Shown piece by piece: positions 25,202-38,875 of a stretch of 52,309 nt of DNA. Position 1 is the first letter of the stretch. Every line of letters begins with the position of its first letter. The notes beneath the pieces are model-generated. The model saw only the letters and a list, made by a program, of their open reading frames with translations. It did no database searches and was not told the DNA's origin. Source of the DNA: Octopus bimaculoides (lineage: Eukaryota); contig NC_069001.1 of NCBI RefSeq assembly GCF_001194135.2, positions 10,346,130-10,398,438 of the forward strand, read 5' to 3'. The position numbers were made by a program, and so were the translations under genes.

Positions 25202-25238
<37 letters not shown>

Positions 25239-25473
25239 GCTTTTACTATATGTGAGAGTGATTATGTATGTATAATTGTGTAGTGTGTGTGTCTGTGTGT
25301 GTTTGCATGTGGGAATTTGTGTGTGAGTGTAGACATACATATACTAGTACACGACATATCAATCAGATTCCATGTGTGTCTTTGTATGTGTGTGCGTGTG
25401 AGTATCTGCGCGTGTGAATACTTCGGCGTGGTTTCATTTTCTCTCTGAGTATATATATATATATATAGGTATG

Positions 25474-25508
<35 letters not shown>

Positions 25509-25649
25509 TGTGTACATAGTAACACCTGATCTATAAAGCTAATTTAGCTTGTAGCAACTATGTGTTAATGATCTAAAAGGTAGGCAACTACACATAAGTA
25601 CAGAAATGTTCAAAAAAATTTGGCCTCTCCCTTTTACTATACACACGTA

Positions 25650-26002
25650 TTCTTTTATTCTTTTTCTTGTTTCAGTCATTGGACTGCGGCCATGCTGGGG
25701 CACCGCCTTTAGTCGAGCAAATCGACCGCAGGACAGTCGTTTGTGAGCCTAGTACTTATTCTATCGGTCACCGCCATCGGTTGTCAAGCGATGTTGAAGG
25801 GACAAACACAGACATACAAACATATACACGCACATACATATATACGACGGGCTTCTTTCAGTTTCCGTCTACCAAATCCACTCGCAAAGCTTTCGTCGGC
25901 CCGAGGCTATAGTAGAAGACACTTGCCCAAGGTGCCATGCCGTGGAGCTGAATCCGGAATCATGTGGTTGGGAAGCAAGCTTCTTAACACCCATCCACGC
26001 CT
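25650..26002 (-). mobile_element. SINE family B, most complete copy
   Basis: tttcagtcattggactgcggccatgctggggcaccgcc (tail) through tagtagaagacacttgcccaaggtgcca (core) to the tRNA-like head. Confidence 0.92.
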
Positions 26003-26017
26003 ACACACCCACACACA

Positions 26018-26054
<37 letters not shown>

Positions 26055-26499
26055 TTACGAAGAAACACACCCATATATTTCTATATATGCACGTATATGT
26101 GTGTTTGTGTTAAAAAATAACAGAATAAATTATCAACTTTTCCACTGTTGTTTAAGGAAAATGACATACAAGGTCATAATTTATAATAAGAACAAGAGCA
26201 CAATAATATAAATAAAAACTATGGTAATGATAAGGACGCGAATAAGAAGGGGGAGGAAAAGGGCGATAAGGAAGAGCAGCGTGTTATTTATTTAGCGGGA
26301 AGATGGTGGAAGAAGGAACGTTACCAGGAAAAATAGAAAAATTAGTTCACGCAAAATTAGAAGTTTTACAATCCAACAGAGCATCAGTGTATTTCCCATT
26401 CAATGTGTATTACCGTTCCAGAACTACCACCAAAACATCTACGAGCAGAAACACATTGTACCCGCTGGGTTTTCGACCTACAGGTACATAGCATGAATA

Positions 26500-27850
26500 A
26501 AATTAATTCCCCTGGCCATTCTTGGGTTCTCACTCAGTTATCCTCAAATTCACAGTGGGGCAGGATTTACTAGCTCACCTTCAGGTTTTTCTATATGTAT
26601 TGGCAAGATGTTAGTGGGATCTGGTCGAAGAAAGAAGCATCTACAATTCGTTGAATTTTACCTAACATATAATTCCTTTTCCCCAAACAACCAGGCTGTG
26701 AAAAACAGTCCCTCCTTCCAAATCAAAGAAAGGCAGGGCGGTCTTCACGATAGGCACATCTAAGAGGCAGATCATCCCGGCATGTGTTAACAGCAGCTTG
26801 ACATAATACAAGTTAGTAATGCTTGAAAACAAATCTCCGCAGAACATTTCGGCGCCCTGTGCATATTTCCAATATTGAAGGTGCTACAGAACATTTAAAG
26901 ATAATCTCGAACTTCAGCACCATTACGATTGCTGCCCCACCATAGAATGTGAGAATTGTCTGTTGTCTATCCTTCCGAATGAGGTTCTGCATACGTTTAT
27001 TACCGGAGCTCTGAGAATATCCAGTTTCTTCTCCTCCACGGACTCATTTCAGAATATTAAGCTTGAAGAACCACCAGCTGGATTTTTCGACTGGTAGTAA
27101 ATTGCAAGTGTCTAACATTATTCCAGCTGTCGGGCGTTCAACTATAGCTTTCGCTTACATCAGAATATATAGAAAAACGTGTCTCACAAAAGATAACCGC
27201 AACACTTTGCATTCCAGTAATATCCATATTCACTGGTAACCGCAGCTTACCTATTGTTATCCCCTTTTCTTTTTACACCAGTCCATTTTTGTTTGCTGTG
27301 CAGGACGACAAACCGTAGAGCTAGGTACCGACATTTCTGCAAACTGCTGCTACAGAACGCATGCAATCTAATTTGAAGCATATAGCACACGTCTTCTGCT
27401 TAATGTAATATTTTCACCACCTCTTGTCATTTCCACCCGAGCACATCCAACGCTTCTCCTACCCTCGTATCTTTAACTACACAACCCTTGTACTTGATGA
27501 CAAAGAATTTGTCGCGGGACATTTTCACTAGTAGCATACAATTTCGAACCGGCTTTTCTAATCTACTGATAGCATCCACACTGATCTTTTTCTCTGTCGC
27601 TATATGAATCTATTCTATACTTATTAGTTCTTTTAATCAACACCAACAACCGTTGTTAACCATCTTCTCTCTCAACTCCAGAGTAACTATTTCGGAAATT
27701 TAATCACTGCAGGCTTTACGTACCAGGAATATCACATTATCTCTCTGTAACTGTTATCCTTGTCTATGCATCCTATTCATGGTAGAGATAAAAACTTCTT
27801 TTCACTGTAGGCCACCAGCGAAAACTGTGAACTCCATAAACTATCCACTT
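26500..27850 (-). mobile_element. Heavily decayed CR1/L2-type LINE RT region
   Basis: Minus strand relics in expected order: TSENVPRQIL (cf. TSGVPQGSVL), QFAEM (cf. FADD), NAKCCG (cf. N..KC), CGDL (cf. RGDL), ending near 26510 in cccaagaatggccaggg like the CR1 tail at 16150; many stops. Confidence 0.45.
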
Positions 27851-28239
27851 CTTCTGGTCCTCAATCATCATGCGATCTCGATAATTCCGTGCAGTTTATG
27901 CATATCTATATGGCACACACTGTAATGTATGGCACACACTGTAAATGTATTTAGAGAGTGCAAACCCCAAGGAACTTATTTCTAAGTGTTTCGTGTATTT
28001 ACACATTCTGGATAATAAGAAAATGTTTCTTTTTTATGGCAAGTCATGGTGTAAGTTGGTAATATTCCGAAAAGATCAGCAATGAAATGTTTCATCCTGC
28101 TTAGCATTTCTTACAGTGAAGAATAAATAAAATATTTCTGGAGGATAAGTGAAAATTTATTGTGCGTATATACCACGTGCTATAATTTAAAATTCAAAAC
28201 CAAATTACAGTGTAAATACATCAGAATATTACTCATATG

Positions 28240-28345
28240 CCTTACGGGGTCGATAAAATAAGTATCATTTTACGCACTGCGGTTAATATAATCACCTTTT
28301 ATCTCCTGTGAAATTCCTGGCCTTGTGCCGAAATTTGAAATCAAG
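28240..28345 (+). mobile_element. SINE family A 3' fragment
   Basis: cggggtcgataaaataagtatca...ggccttgtgccgaaatttgaaatc. Confidence 0.7.
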
Positions 28346-30276
28346 ATTATTCACACGTACGCATATACACACATGTACACACATAGAGACACGTACACTC
28401 AAACACAGGCCCGCGCACATACACATAAGCCACATATCATTCTATGTGACTTGGTAAGAACAGCCTTACATATAAACATGAAATTTTCCATATATCACAG
28501 ACTATAAATCGATAGCTGTTGACCAGTTTACAGGGTCCATTTTGTTTTGGCTGCAAAAGAAAGAAATTGTCCAAGGACAGGAATAGTGAGATTTCATCTC
28601 TCCCGAAAATAGAAGTGGAGAACAAACTTGGCTGCTTTTCAGAACATTTAGTTATAATTACTTCCCGGTTTCCAATTTCCATGATTTTCAGAAACTACTC
28701 TAATATGGAGGGATGTAGTGCTACGTCACATTTGTCTCGACTCTACTTACGCGCGCACACACACACAAATTCACACCGTTACAAACACGAATACACTACA
28801 TACACACATACATATATGTATGAATGTATATATGTATATATATTTATGTATCTATGTGTAACTATATATACATGTATGTATAACTATATATACATGTATA
28901 AATATATAGATATATATAGCGAGAGAGAGAGAGACAGAAATAGACAGACAGATGTATATATGCATGTATACACGTATGTATGTGCCATAGATTGTATTTC
29001 TAATTGAGGTAGAATCTATGATATTAATCTATAAAACCCTAATATCTCCTTTGTAAAGAACTCTATCGGACTCCTCACTAACCATGCATTTACCATTTAC
29101 CAATTTTGCCGTGTATTTTGAGAATATATAAGCATGTGTTTCTGTGGGTCTGTACCGTCTGTACCAGTGTGTTTGTGTGTGTGTGTGTGGTGTGTGTATA
29201 TATGTATGTATGTGTGTATGTATGAATGAATGCCCAAAATAAATATATCATTCATTTTCTGCTCTTCTCTGTATTGTCACAGTAAAATCGATTTTTATGC
29301 TGTGCATAATTGTTTCCTTTCTCGAATTACTCTTACACAAGCCGGCTCTACCATTGACACATGCATATGCACAAACACACACAAACGCACACACAGCGCA
29401 AGTACACAGCTATACTTCCTACACTTGAAGACAAACCCACACGGTGAAAGAGTGTGTGTGCTAGAAGTTATTAAATGAAAAGCGATACAATATTAAAAAC
29501 TTACATTTGTGTGCGGTGATGTACGTTATATTTAATAATAAAGAATGAAGCTTTTCTGGAAGCTTAATTGTCACTTTACTGCTGGCTTATCTTCTTCAAA
29601 TATTTATAGGGGCTCACACAGACGTTTCCTTAATATTTGACAATAATTCCTTCAGATGATATCATTATGAAGATGTTAGACGATATCTGTAGAAAAACAA
29701 CAACAGAACGCTCGCGAAATGAAAAAAAGAAAAAAATTCCGTTTGATGTCACCTAATCAAAAGCTACGTGACGGATTAAGTATGAACCGCACCTGAGTGA
29801 TTCGCTGTGCCTGGTCTTTGTGAGGACATTTTGGTAAAAACGAATGAGTGGTTTAGCTGGAGGCTTAAACCAATGGGTTCATATCCCAATTAAGCGGCAC
29901 CACCAAGCCATGATTAACTTATCGTTATAATATATCGAAGGAAGAGAAAAGTTTCTTTGCAAAGAGTATTCTGTAAAACGACAAGAAAGAAAGGAAACGT
30001 AAAGACGAGAAACATAAATATAATGAGCGGTTCACATCATTATACATGCATTAGATTTTCAATCTACTTGGGGTTTCGTTCCGTTTCGTTTTCTAAATTT
30101 TATTTAGTCCATTCTTCATTTTGTTTATGTATTTTTATCTTTGTATCAGAATCCCGAACGTATCCTGTGTTTATCCAGTTAAAATATTTTAATGATAGTA
30201 AATAAATTGGTTACAATTGGCCTCTTCATGTAAAAATCTATATATCTGTCTATCTCTCTACCCACTGTCAGTCTAT

Positions 30277-30353
<77 letters not shown>

Positions 30354-31388
30354 CATGTATATATATATATATTTACAGAGATATATAAATATATATATAT
30401 ATACAGAGATATATACATATATATACATACATACATACAGAGATATATACATATATATATATATATACATACATACAGAGATATATACATATATATATAT
30501 ACATAGAGATATATACATATATATATACACACACGCATTCATAGATATATACATATATATATATATACACACACATTCATAGATATGTACATATATATAT
30601 ATATATATACATATATTTGTACATATATACATATATATATATGTATGTGTGTGTGTGTGCACATATATATATGTACGTACACACACGCACGCACACATAT
30701 GTACGTGTGTATACATGTATACATACATGCATGTATGTATATACATATTTAATACAAACATACATACATATGTCATACAAACATACATAGAAATAAAAAC
30801 GTATCAACACAAAATTGAGTTGAATAGCTAATAGGCTTTGATATAGTGGAACATTCTGTGACATCAAGTGCCTATCAATATATACACACACACATTATAT
30901 ATATATATATATATATAAAGGAATACGCGCACATGCAAACATACATGCGGTCTTTCATAAAAGCATGCACATGCAATTATGTATATCTAATAATCTATAC
31001 GTAAATATGCTTATATGTGTATATTTGCATATGTGGGTGTGTGGCATAATGTTAACATGACGCATCGGCCTATACATGTGTGCTTGAATATATGAACGGA
31101 ACGTATATTCTATACTATGATTAATGGAATCTATACTTACACTAACACACACACACACGCGCGCACGCGCGCACGCACACGTACACACACACACACCATA
31201 ATGAAGATACTGAAAAAAATTACAAAAGCTACTGAAGGGATGAGGGCGTCTCGCATGCAATTTAGCAGTAATTTTGGTATATATCAAACAGGAAACCCTC
31301 AGCCCATGTGTTACTAGTCTAACTTCTCTGTGGAATAATATATATGTGTGCGTGTATTAATGTGTATATACATACATATATATATATA

Positions 31389-31456
<68 letters not shown>

Positions 31457-31669
31457 ATACATATACACATATATATATGTATCAATGCATACAATCACCC
31501 ACACAACATATACACACGCACAACTTACGACAGTTCTTTCTATAGTATTGTATTAGTATATTCGTAGATTATAACCTACCGTGTCATTCACCATCTTCAG
31601 TTAAAGTTTCAAACATGTAAGGTGTCAAACCGGTAAGATAATACATTGGTCATGACAAATCCAACATAA

Positions 31670-32290
31670 AAACAATTATTGGGGAAAATTAGAAATAAAC
31701 AGAATCGAGAATGTTAGAACTGAAGAACGTTGGTTGTGTCTCATAGATGGAAGGAAACTTGAAATAAATAGGAGAATCGCTTCTTATCACTGCAAATTAA
31801 CAATCCATTGGAATAAATTTAGTAACGATAAGTATTCATAATACACAGTCGTACAGCAAACGCAGATTATGTGGAGTAGGGGACGAAAATGTTCAGTATC
31901 TTTCGATTGATCGCAGTAACCTGGCAGAAAAAAAAAACAATATTATAGCAAGCATGGCCATACTGGTAAACATTCTTTTAAAGATGTTTGTCAAGTCTGT
32001 GGATTTGAAGTGATGGAAAAGTTGTGTGGCCCACGAACGAAATGCTGTATGGTGACTGATAACTGAGGAATATTATGGGATTTCTCAGTAAAGACTAATT
32101 ATAATAAGAGGACCAGATATAATCGTCAATACGGAATAATCACTGACCTCACAATCCCATGAGACATTAGAGTAGATATAAGGAAAACTGAAAACTCTTA
32201 GGACGTAGCAGAAAGAGGAAGTGATTTTTGAGTGACAGTTGTTCCTGCCGTAATTGATGCGTTCGAGAGACTTTCCAAACCGCTAACTAT
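31670..32290 (+). mobile_element. R4/Dong-like RLE non-LTR retrotransposon, C-terminal fossil (CCHC knuckle plus restriction-like endonuclease)
   Basis: ENVRTEERW..ESLLITA..RLCGVGDENVQY..NLAEK.. then ILWDF...RGPDII..(D)..VVPAVIDAFE; matches the CRLCG..E...H..C and RPDI..D..VVP.VIGALG motifs of R4/Dong; frameshifted. Confidence 0.8.
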
Positions 32291-33789
32291 ACGGTACTAC
32301 ATTTGCCACTATTTCCATTATCATACCACAGCCTATCTCAATCGAAAGTGTTTAGTTAAACATTATTCAGTTTATCACGTAATAAATTACCCTCTTATTA
32401 TACGACGAGTAATTATCACCCGAATGAGGTTTATCCCTCATATGCGAGTAATCAGCAATAACTCCATCAGCTGTAGGTCTTCTTTTAAACTAAGTTAATA
32501 AGTTACTCTATTTGAGAGTATGGGAAGAATTACTGCTTGTGTTTGACGTATTGTTTAGCTTACTCGTTACGCTTTTCATTAACTAGCTTTTATTTGTTGC
32601 ATCATTAATCCTGTAGTCATTAAGTGGGTGCTTTAATAAAGGATCTGTAATATGCTAAATTCCCTTCTTTGTAAACACTTTTCCGTAAGGCTTCGTTTAA
32701 CATTCTCCGTAATTATCAAGAACGTTCTCATTAGCGGAAAGGTTAAAATTTCTAACAGATACATCTTTTTGTGACGATATTTATAATGGATGTAGAGTGA
32801 GTGGACACTTTATGCACGTACTGGAGACATTTGTTAGACGCTGCGAGCTGATCTAGTGGGTGTAAACATACCGTTTGTCAACAAGCGAGAAATATTCTCC
32901 GTGAGAAAAAGCAGTTAGTAGCTTGTTCCCCAGTTCGAACGTGCATCAAGCATATTTGAACTGATAATAACATTGCATTCTTTTAGGATTGTGGCGATAT
33001 GTTAGAGAACGCCAGGACAAATACTACTGTAATTAGCCTATCAACAGTGCGGATACATTACGCATGATAGCGTAATGTACCCATAAAATAAATACTATCT
33101 CAATTGAATATAACGGACCTTTTGTCAACCGGACGGAAGTAAATACTTTTCCTACATCAGAGATGAATTCTCGTCCGAAAATGTTACTCGCTGTGTCTAT
33201 CCAGCCATTGAGAATGTTCAAAAAAGACCGAAATAAATGTAACCTGTGTTCTCACTGGTTTCTATTTGGGATGAAATTTCATTTCTTTGTGATGTTTGTT
33301 GCGATTTTAACAAAGCAAGGTGTCTATACGGGATGTCATTTCAGGCCAAATACTACAGTGATAACGGTGCGTCTGACACGCAGGTACCTATTTTCATTAA
33401 GTGCTGCTTCAAATGCATAAGCAGATTTTAATTCAGCCAGGCTGCTCTTTGCAGCATTAGTGAATGTTTTATTCACTTTTTCCTATAACAGAGACGATGA
33501 ATTCTCGTCCGTTCATGAGATTGACTGCGAGAACGCAACACTAAAAAGGCCCTATAATGTCTAAATTGTTTTATGTTCTCGGTGGTCTCTAACGGGACGG
33601 ATTTTTGATTTCCTCCGATGTATATTGTACTTTTTAATACAGCAATTCCATACAAGATACTTTTGCAGGAAAAAAATCTGGAGTAAATGGCTTATTGACA
33701 GTGTGTACATATTACATATGATACGTAGATTTGTATTTTAACATTTGCCAGAAAAGAAACTAACCAGTTGAATGAACCCCTGGAGAATT

Positions 33790-34850
33790 TGTGGAGATAT
33801 TTCAGATTTAATTCAGAATTATAATTACGGACTCATGGATATAGTCATTGAGTGGATTTCCTGAATAAATCAGCGCTAAATCCAGGAAAACATTTAACCC
33901 ATGTAAAGGAGACAAACTAAATAGGTCAATCATCAGAGCCGTCTCAGATGATCCCATATTTATACCGAATCCATCAACTGTAGACTTATTTGTTCATTGC
34001 GTTGACTATGTCTCTAAAATACAGGATGGAAATAGCTGGAATGCTTTTCATCGTATGGTTTTAAACAACCATATTTAGAATACAAATTATTAGGGGAGGA
34101 AATATTGAAAATTGAAATTAGTGATACCCAACAACTTTCCCACAACTTCAATTAGGAGATACTAATAAATGATTTAAGTATAATATACAATGTAACGGCT
34201 AGCAGAATAAGTAAAAAGCCAAAGAAATTAAAACGAGAGATTATTAGATCAATGATGGATTAACAGGCTCCATGGGGAAATAAATATCCAGAAATGTTCT
34301 CCAAAAACCCTTATGTATTTAATAATATCTACAGGCAGACTGAAGCCGTGCAGCTATTTATATAAAAAAGAAAGTTAAAATAATGTATAATAAAAATTTG
34401 AAGCTAGAAATATTGTAAATTATAGAATATTTAAAAGAGCTAATTGCTGCTAAACCTCTACAGATCAGGAAAATCGGTAAACAAATATAATTTATTAAAC
34501 ATAAATCGTTTACTTGAAATAGAAAACAACTCAATCAGGATAACTAAATAAAAGAGACATCCCACAGCAGAAAAAAAGGAAACATTTCAAAGAAATACAA
34601 GAAAAACACCAACTACAAGAATGCCCAATTAATTATAGAGTAGAGTAATTTTATAATTATCGAAAGAAGTTAAAAGATCGGTAAATTGGACGAAAATAAT
34701 TCTTTAAATATCATCATGGATCGACAGTCCATAATTGAAACGTCTTGAAGAAATACCTGTCTGTCTTCTTGATAACTTAGCTCGAACTTAATAAATAACC
34801 ACAGCGTAATATGTAGCAAGGTACCACAGTATTTGTATCTGATCATCGTC
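33790..34850 (+). mobile_element. R4/Dong-like element, N-terminal to RT-start fossil
   Basis: APW.., LKELIAAK..QIRK.., NR.LE.., SSWIDSP*LKRL (cf. WKAPG.DG...WLK.L), M*QGTTVF (cf. WMT.G.T.L); many stops. Confidence 0.6.
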
Positions 34851-35274
34851 TTTCTTAAATATTATGGCAAGTAGGGCTGGATGTTGTGTGCAGGCCAAGT
34901 TTCGTTTTCATGTGTTCTGGTTGATGTTGAAATATGTGTTTCAGACAATGTTATAAAAGAGCTGGTGGCTACTTGTGGCAGCAAGACCACAACAGGATAG
35001 TTTTAAAAGATAGCATCTGGCTCATACAAGGTTAAAAGTTTCGAAGCCTGGTACAGAAGTATAGAGAAATAAAGCGATAAAGCGTCAAGACTGTTTAGAC
35101 ATGTATGCAGATGGGTTGAAGATCGTCTCTAGAAGACATCTAGATTGAGTACACAACCAAGCAAAGAACGTAGACCAGCTCTAAGGAGGATTTCACCTAC
35201 GTTGAATCCGATTCTATCTTTGATGCAATAAATACTTTTGATACACACATTAATATTACTATTGAATACAAGAC

Positions 35275-35490
35275 AGCGAAGTGCTAGAATCGTTCGCACG
35301 CTGGCCAAAATGCTTAGCGGCATTCCGGCCGTCTTTACATTCTGAGTCCATATTTCACCGGGGCCGACTTTGCCCTTCATCCTCTTAGAATCGATAAAAT
35401 AAGTGCCAAGTGAGGACTTGAGTGAGTGTAATCGACTTATGCCCTCCTTCGAAAATGCTGGTCTTGTACCAAAATTTAAATCCGATACTG
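35275..35490 (+). mobile_element. SINE family A
   Basis: gaatcgttcgcacgctggccaaaatgcttagcggcatt...gccgactttgcccttcatcc...gtaatcgactta. Confidence 0.8.
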
Positions 35491-36110
35491 CTTTTGAACG
35501 AGAGAAAGGTTCTTTCATTGTTTGACCTTATGCACAGTATTTGATATGGAGGTAATCACAAGAATCTATAAGACAACAACCTGCATGCAGAAACCTCTGC
35601 GCTCTTCAAATCAGTAATCTCCACGCAATACCAAGCACAACTGCAATCACAATAAGTCACCTTAAATTCACAAGAGATGTAGCAAGACAACCTATCGAGC
35701 CTCTTGTAGCGAACGTTTCCAAAGCATTTCAAAATTTAATGGATATCGCAGGGCTTCTCTTCATCTCGCAGTTCATCACAGTAAGCACAGTGGTGTAACA
35801 AAATGGCTGGCTATGGGTTAACACCATTTGTAAAGTACTAAGATATTCATTGTTTGAATGAAGTGATGGCTTATTTGAAATTCATGCTTGTTTCAAAATC
35901 GTCATTGTTGACATTGTTGTCTACTCACAGAGGCGCATGCGCATACACAATGCATGTACATGTAAACACACACATGGATATATATATATAAATATACACA
36001 TGCATATATGCATACACATGTACAGAGACATCCGTAATTAACAATATATTTATAAATAAATATACGCATGTGCATATATATATATATATACTCACACAAA
36101 TTTTAATGTG

Positions 36111-36167
<57 letters not shown>

Positions 36168-37274
36168 AGTGAGTTTATGTGCTTGTGTGTATTTTCATAA
36201 AAATGCATTGCGTAAACATACATATACACATTTGTGTGCATGCATGTGTTTATGTGTATAAAGATACATATATACATATAGATATATACATATAAATATA
36301 TATGCATATATACATGTACATACTCACATATATCTGTGTCAGCGAATGAACGAAAGTGTCTCTGAGTGTGTGTCTGTCTGTGCGTGTGAGTCTATATATG
36401 TGCGTGTGTATGTGTGTGTATATGTCTCTGCGGCGCGTGTGTGTATATTTGGTGGCAGGCTAAGCAGACACAGTTTTGAGAATGAATGACAAGACGATAA
36501 GAAATTACAAATTTCATTATTGAACCGAAAACAATGCAGAATTCAGAAGGAAAAAAAAACACGAACATATTTAAAATTTTAATTATTTAATAGGTAATTA
36601 ATTAAATAATTAATTAATTAATTAATTACAGATGTGGAATTAGAAAACGTGCGAGTGTGGTATAGTCATGGTGATAAGAGTTGTTAATTGAATTCAGGGA
36701 TTGGTGTGAAAACGTGATTTTTCTCATATCTGCCTTTACTATTTTCTCTCTGTTTCCAAGTTTTCAAGAAATAACAAGATAACAAGAATTCGTTCTTTAT
36801 TTATTCGAATCCTTTTACTTGTTCCTGAAACAATATTATTTCTTTTATACTCTATTGAAATATTCATATTCATGAACTTTTCAAAATTAATTTCTTTTTT
36901 TAACACTTGTTTCTAAATGTGCAACTACTACGGGTTCTAAATATAATATACAACATGGTTGGCATCAAGAATGATTGTTTCGAAGAGTTACAAGAATGTC
37001 CACAAAGTTTCTTACTATTGTCTGACTAAAACTTTTGTGGATTTGTTTCGAAACTGGCTACAGTATCCTTGTTTATTCTTTTAAATGTTTACCATTCTAT
37101 TTTATTCCGTTATCCGGTCAGAAACAGCATGTAGAATAAGCTAATGGACGCTGATACCTCATTAATTTCATCGAAATTGTTGTCCAATATCAAGCCAATG
37201 ATCAGGTGAGAATTTGATCATTAGACCGACTCGAAATAATAGTCAAATGTCCTCATATCTCACATATGCCCATT

Positions 37275-37557
37275 TTAACCCATTACCTACCAGTTATCTC
37301 ATATGAGATCACTTAAAAATTATCTGTCAATATTTATACATATCTAACCTTTTTGCTATATCTACTAGGTGTATTTCTCCGATATTCAAATGTGGTTTGC
37401 TAATTTTTCACCCGATATCTCGCTTATTTCTATTTAAAATTTTATTTTGAAATGTTATTTTGACCATTCCAGCATGTTTCCAAGGCTGTTTTATGCTAGA
37501 AATCAAAGTTTCATTAAACATTTCCAGTTAATAGAATTATGAGAGGTAATGGGTTAA
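37275..37557. mobile_element. MITE with 10 bp TIRs and TTAA target-site duplication (piggyBac/Kolobok-like)
   Basis: TTAA-CCCATTACCT (37279-37288) ... AGGTAATGGG-TTAA (37544-37553); internal palindrome ATCTCATATGAGAT at 37296-37309; no ORF. Confidence 0.75.
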
Positions 37558-37894
37558 AAGAGAATACTCGAGCAGGTTCAACAATCAAAAATTTTCGTTT
37601 AATATCCAAGTGCGATTACTGTAACAACTCGGGCGAGACGAGGATGGATTTTGAATAACAACCCTGTACAATACACAAAGTGACAGATACTAGAAAATTA
37701 CAAAACTTACATTCGTAACAGCAGGCAGTTTGTCATAGAGAAGAATCATATGAATAACTTCCTCCATCCAAAGTGGAGTTTACCCATCCTGTCCCCATAT
37801 GTGCAGATATACTTCAGCAAACAAGTCGACCGTAATATAAGTGTTGGTTCTTCCACCATTGGTGTTTCATTTACCGCAATTGAGAAGTTAATAT

Positions 37895-38275
37895 AACATT
37901 TTATAAAACAGTAACACTGCCAATAGCGAACTATGCAGCTGTGACCTGAAAGGCGACAGCAATATCGCTACATTTCATCAGTGGTGCCTCGGAAAGATCC
38001 TAAGAATCACTTATCGAAACAGAGTGACAAAAGAAGTTATTCTCCAAGCAGCGAGCGTAAGACCACTGCATGCAGTTATAACAGAACGACGATTGAGAAT
38101 GGCTGGACTCATACTGAGACTGCCAGAGGAGACGCTTGCCGAAACAGCAATCGGCTGGAACTGCTGGAAGGTAAGAGGAAAAGAGGCTGGCCAAGAAGAA
38201 GCATGCCGGTTAGCCAGAGATGGAGATAATTGGCGAATACTGACTTCCCGACGCGCTGCTCAAAGGCACCAAAGG
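37895..38275 (+). mobile_element. RTE-clade LINE, 3' end of ORF2
   Basis: YKTVTLPIANYAAVT*..TFHQWCLGKILRITYRNRVTKEVIL..ERRLRMAGLILRLPEE..GKRKRGWPRR..NWR; typical RTE/RTE-X C-terminus; A-rich tail follows. Confidence 0.82.
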
Positions 38276-38514
38276 AAAAGAAAAAAAAAGTAAAAAGAAA
38301 GAAGAAAGAAAGAAAAAAAGAAAGAAGAATGCAAATACAAGCATGGGCGCAGCTAAACGTGATTTTCAAATTACCACTTCCCCACCCACACAATCACCCG
38401 CCTCAATCTCTCCCTGACTTTACGCGACCCCCACTTTACAATCAAATATATATACTAAGGAGAGCATTTTAGCCACTGGCTAAAGGGAACCATTCCAATG
38501 AACATAGCAGGTAA

Positions 38515-38635
38515 CCACCGAGTTTACGTCGGCCCGTGGCTATAGTAAAATACCCTTAACCAAGTTGCTGTACAGAAGGATTGAACCCGCCGCCACGAGG
38601 CTGCAAAGCGTTCTTCTTATCCACTCAGCCATGGC
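38515..38635 (-). mobile_element. SINE family B head
   Basis: gtcggcccgtggctatagta...ggattgaacc...cttatccactcagcca (A- and B-box relics on minus strand). Confidence 0.65.
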
Positions 38636-38689
38636 GAGCCTATATTTCTGGCTTCGTCGGTATTTTTTTTTTTTTGGTGTTTCGGCAGT

Positions 38690-38875
38690 TTCTGAGAATT
38701 TATTTATTTATTTATTGCCCACAGGGGACAAACAAGGACAGACAAAGACATTAAGTCGATCAACCCCATTTTGTGTAACTGGTATTTAATTAATTGACTT
38801 TCCATGGATGAAAGGCAAAGTCGGAAAATGAACTCAGAACCTAAGGGCAGACGAAATGCCACTAAGCAGCTTCTG
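38690..38875 (-). mobile_element. SINE family A, alternative-tail subtype
   Basis: gcccacaggggacaaacaaggacagacaaag..aagtcgat..ggatgaaaggcaaagtc..gaactcagaac. Confidence 0.8.

Noticed and set aside
35550-35805. ~80-codon Met-less open frame on plus strand
   Set aside because: No recognisable protein or TE motif in any frame; length expected by chance
36998-37041. TCCACAAAGTT/AACTTTTGTGGA inverted repeat; also 8-bp stems at 13309-13331, 39950-39972 and 46882-46908
   Set aside because: Short stems with large loops, expected by chance in 52 kb of AT-rich DNA
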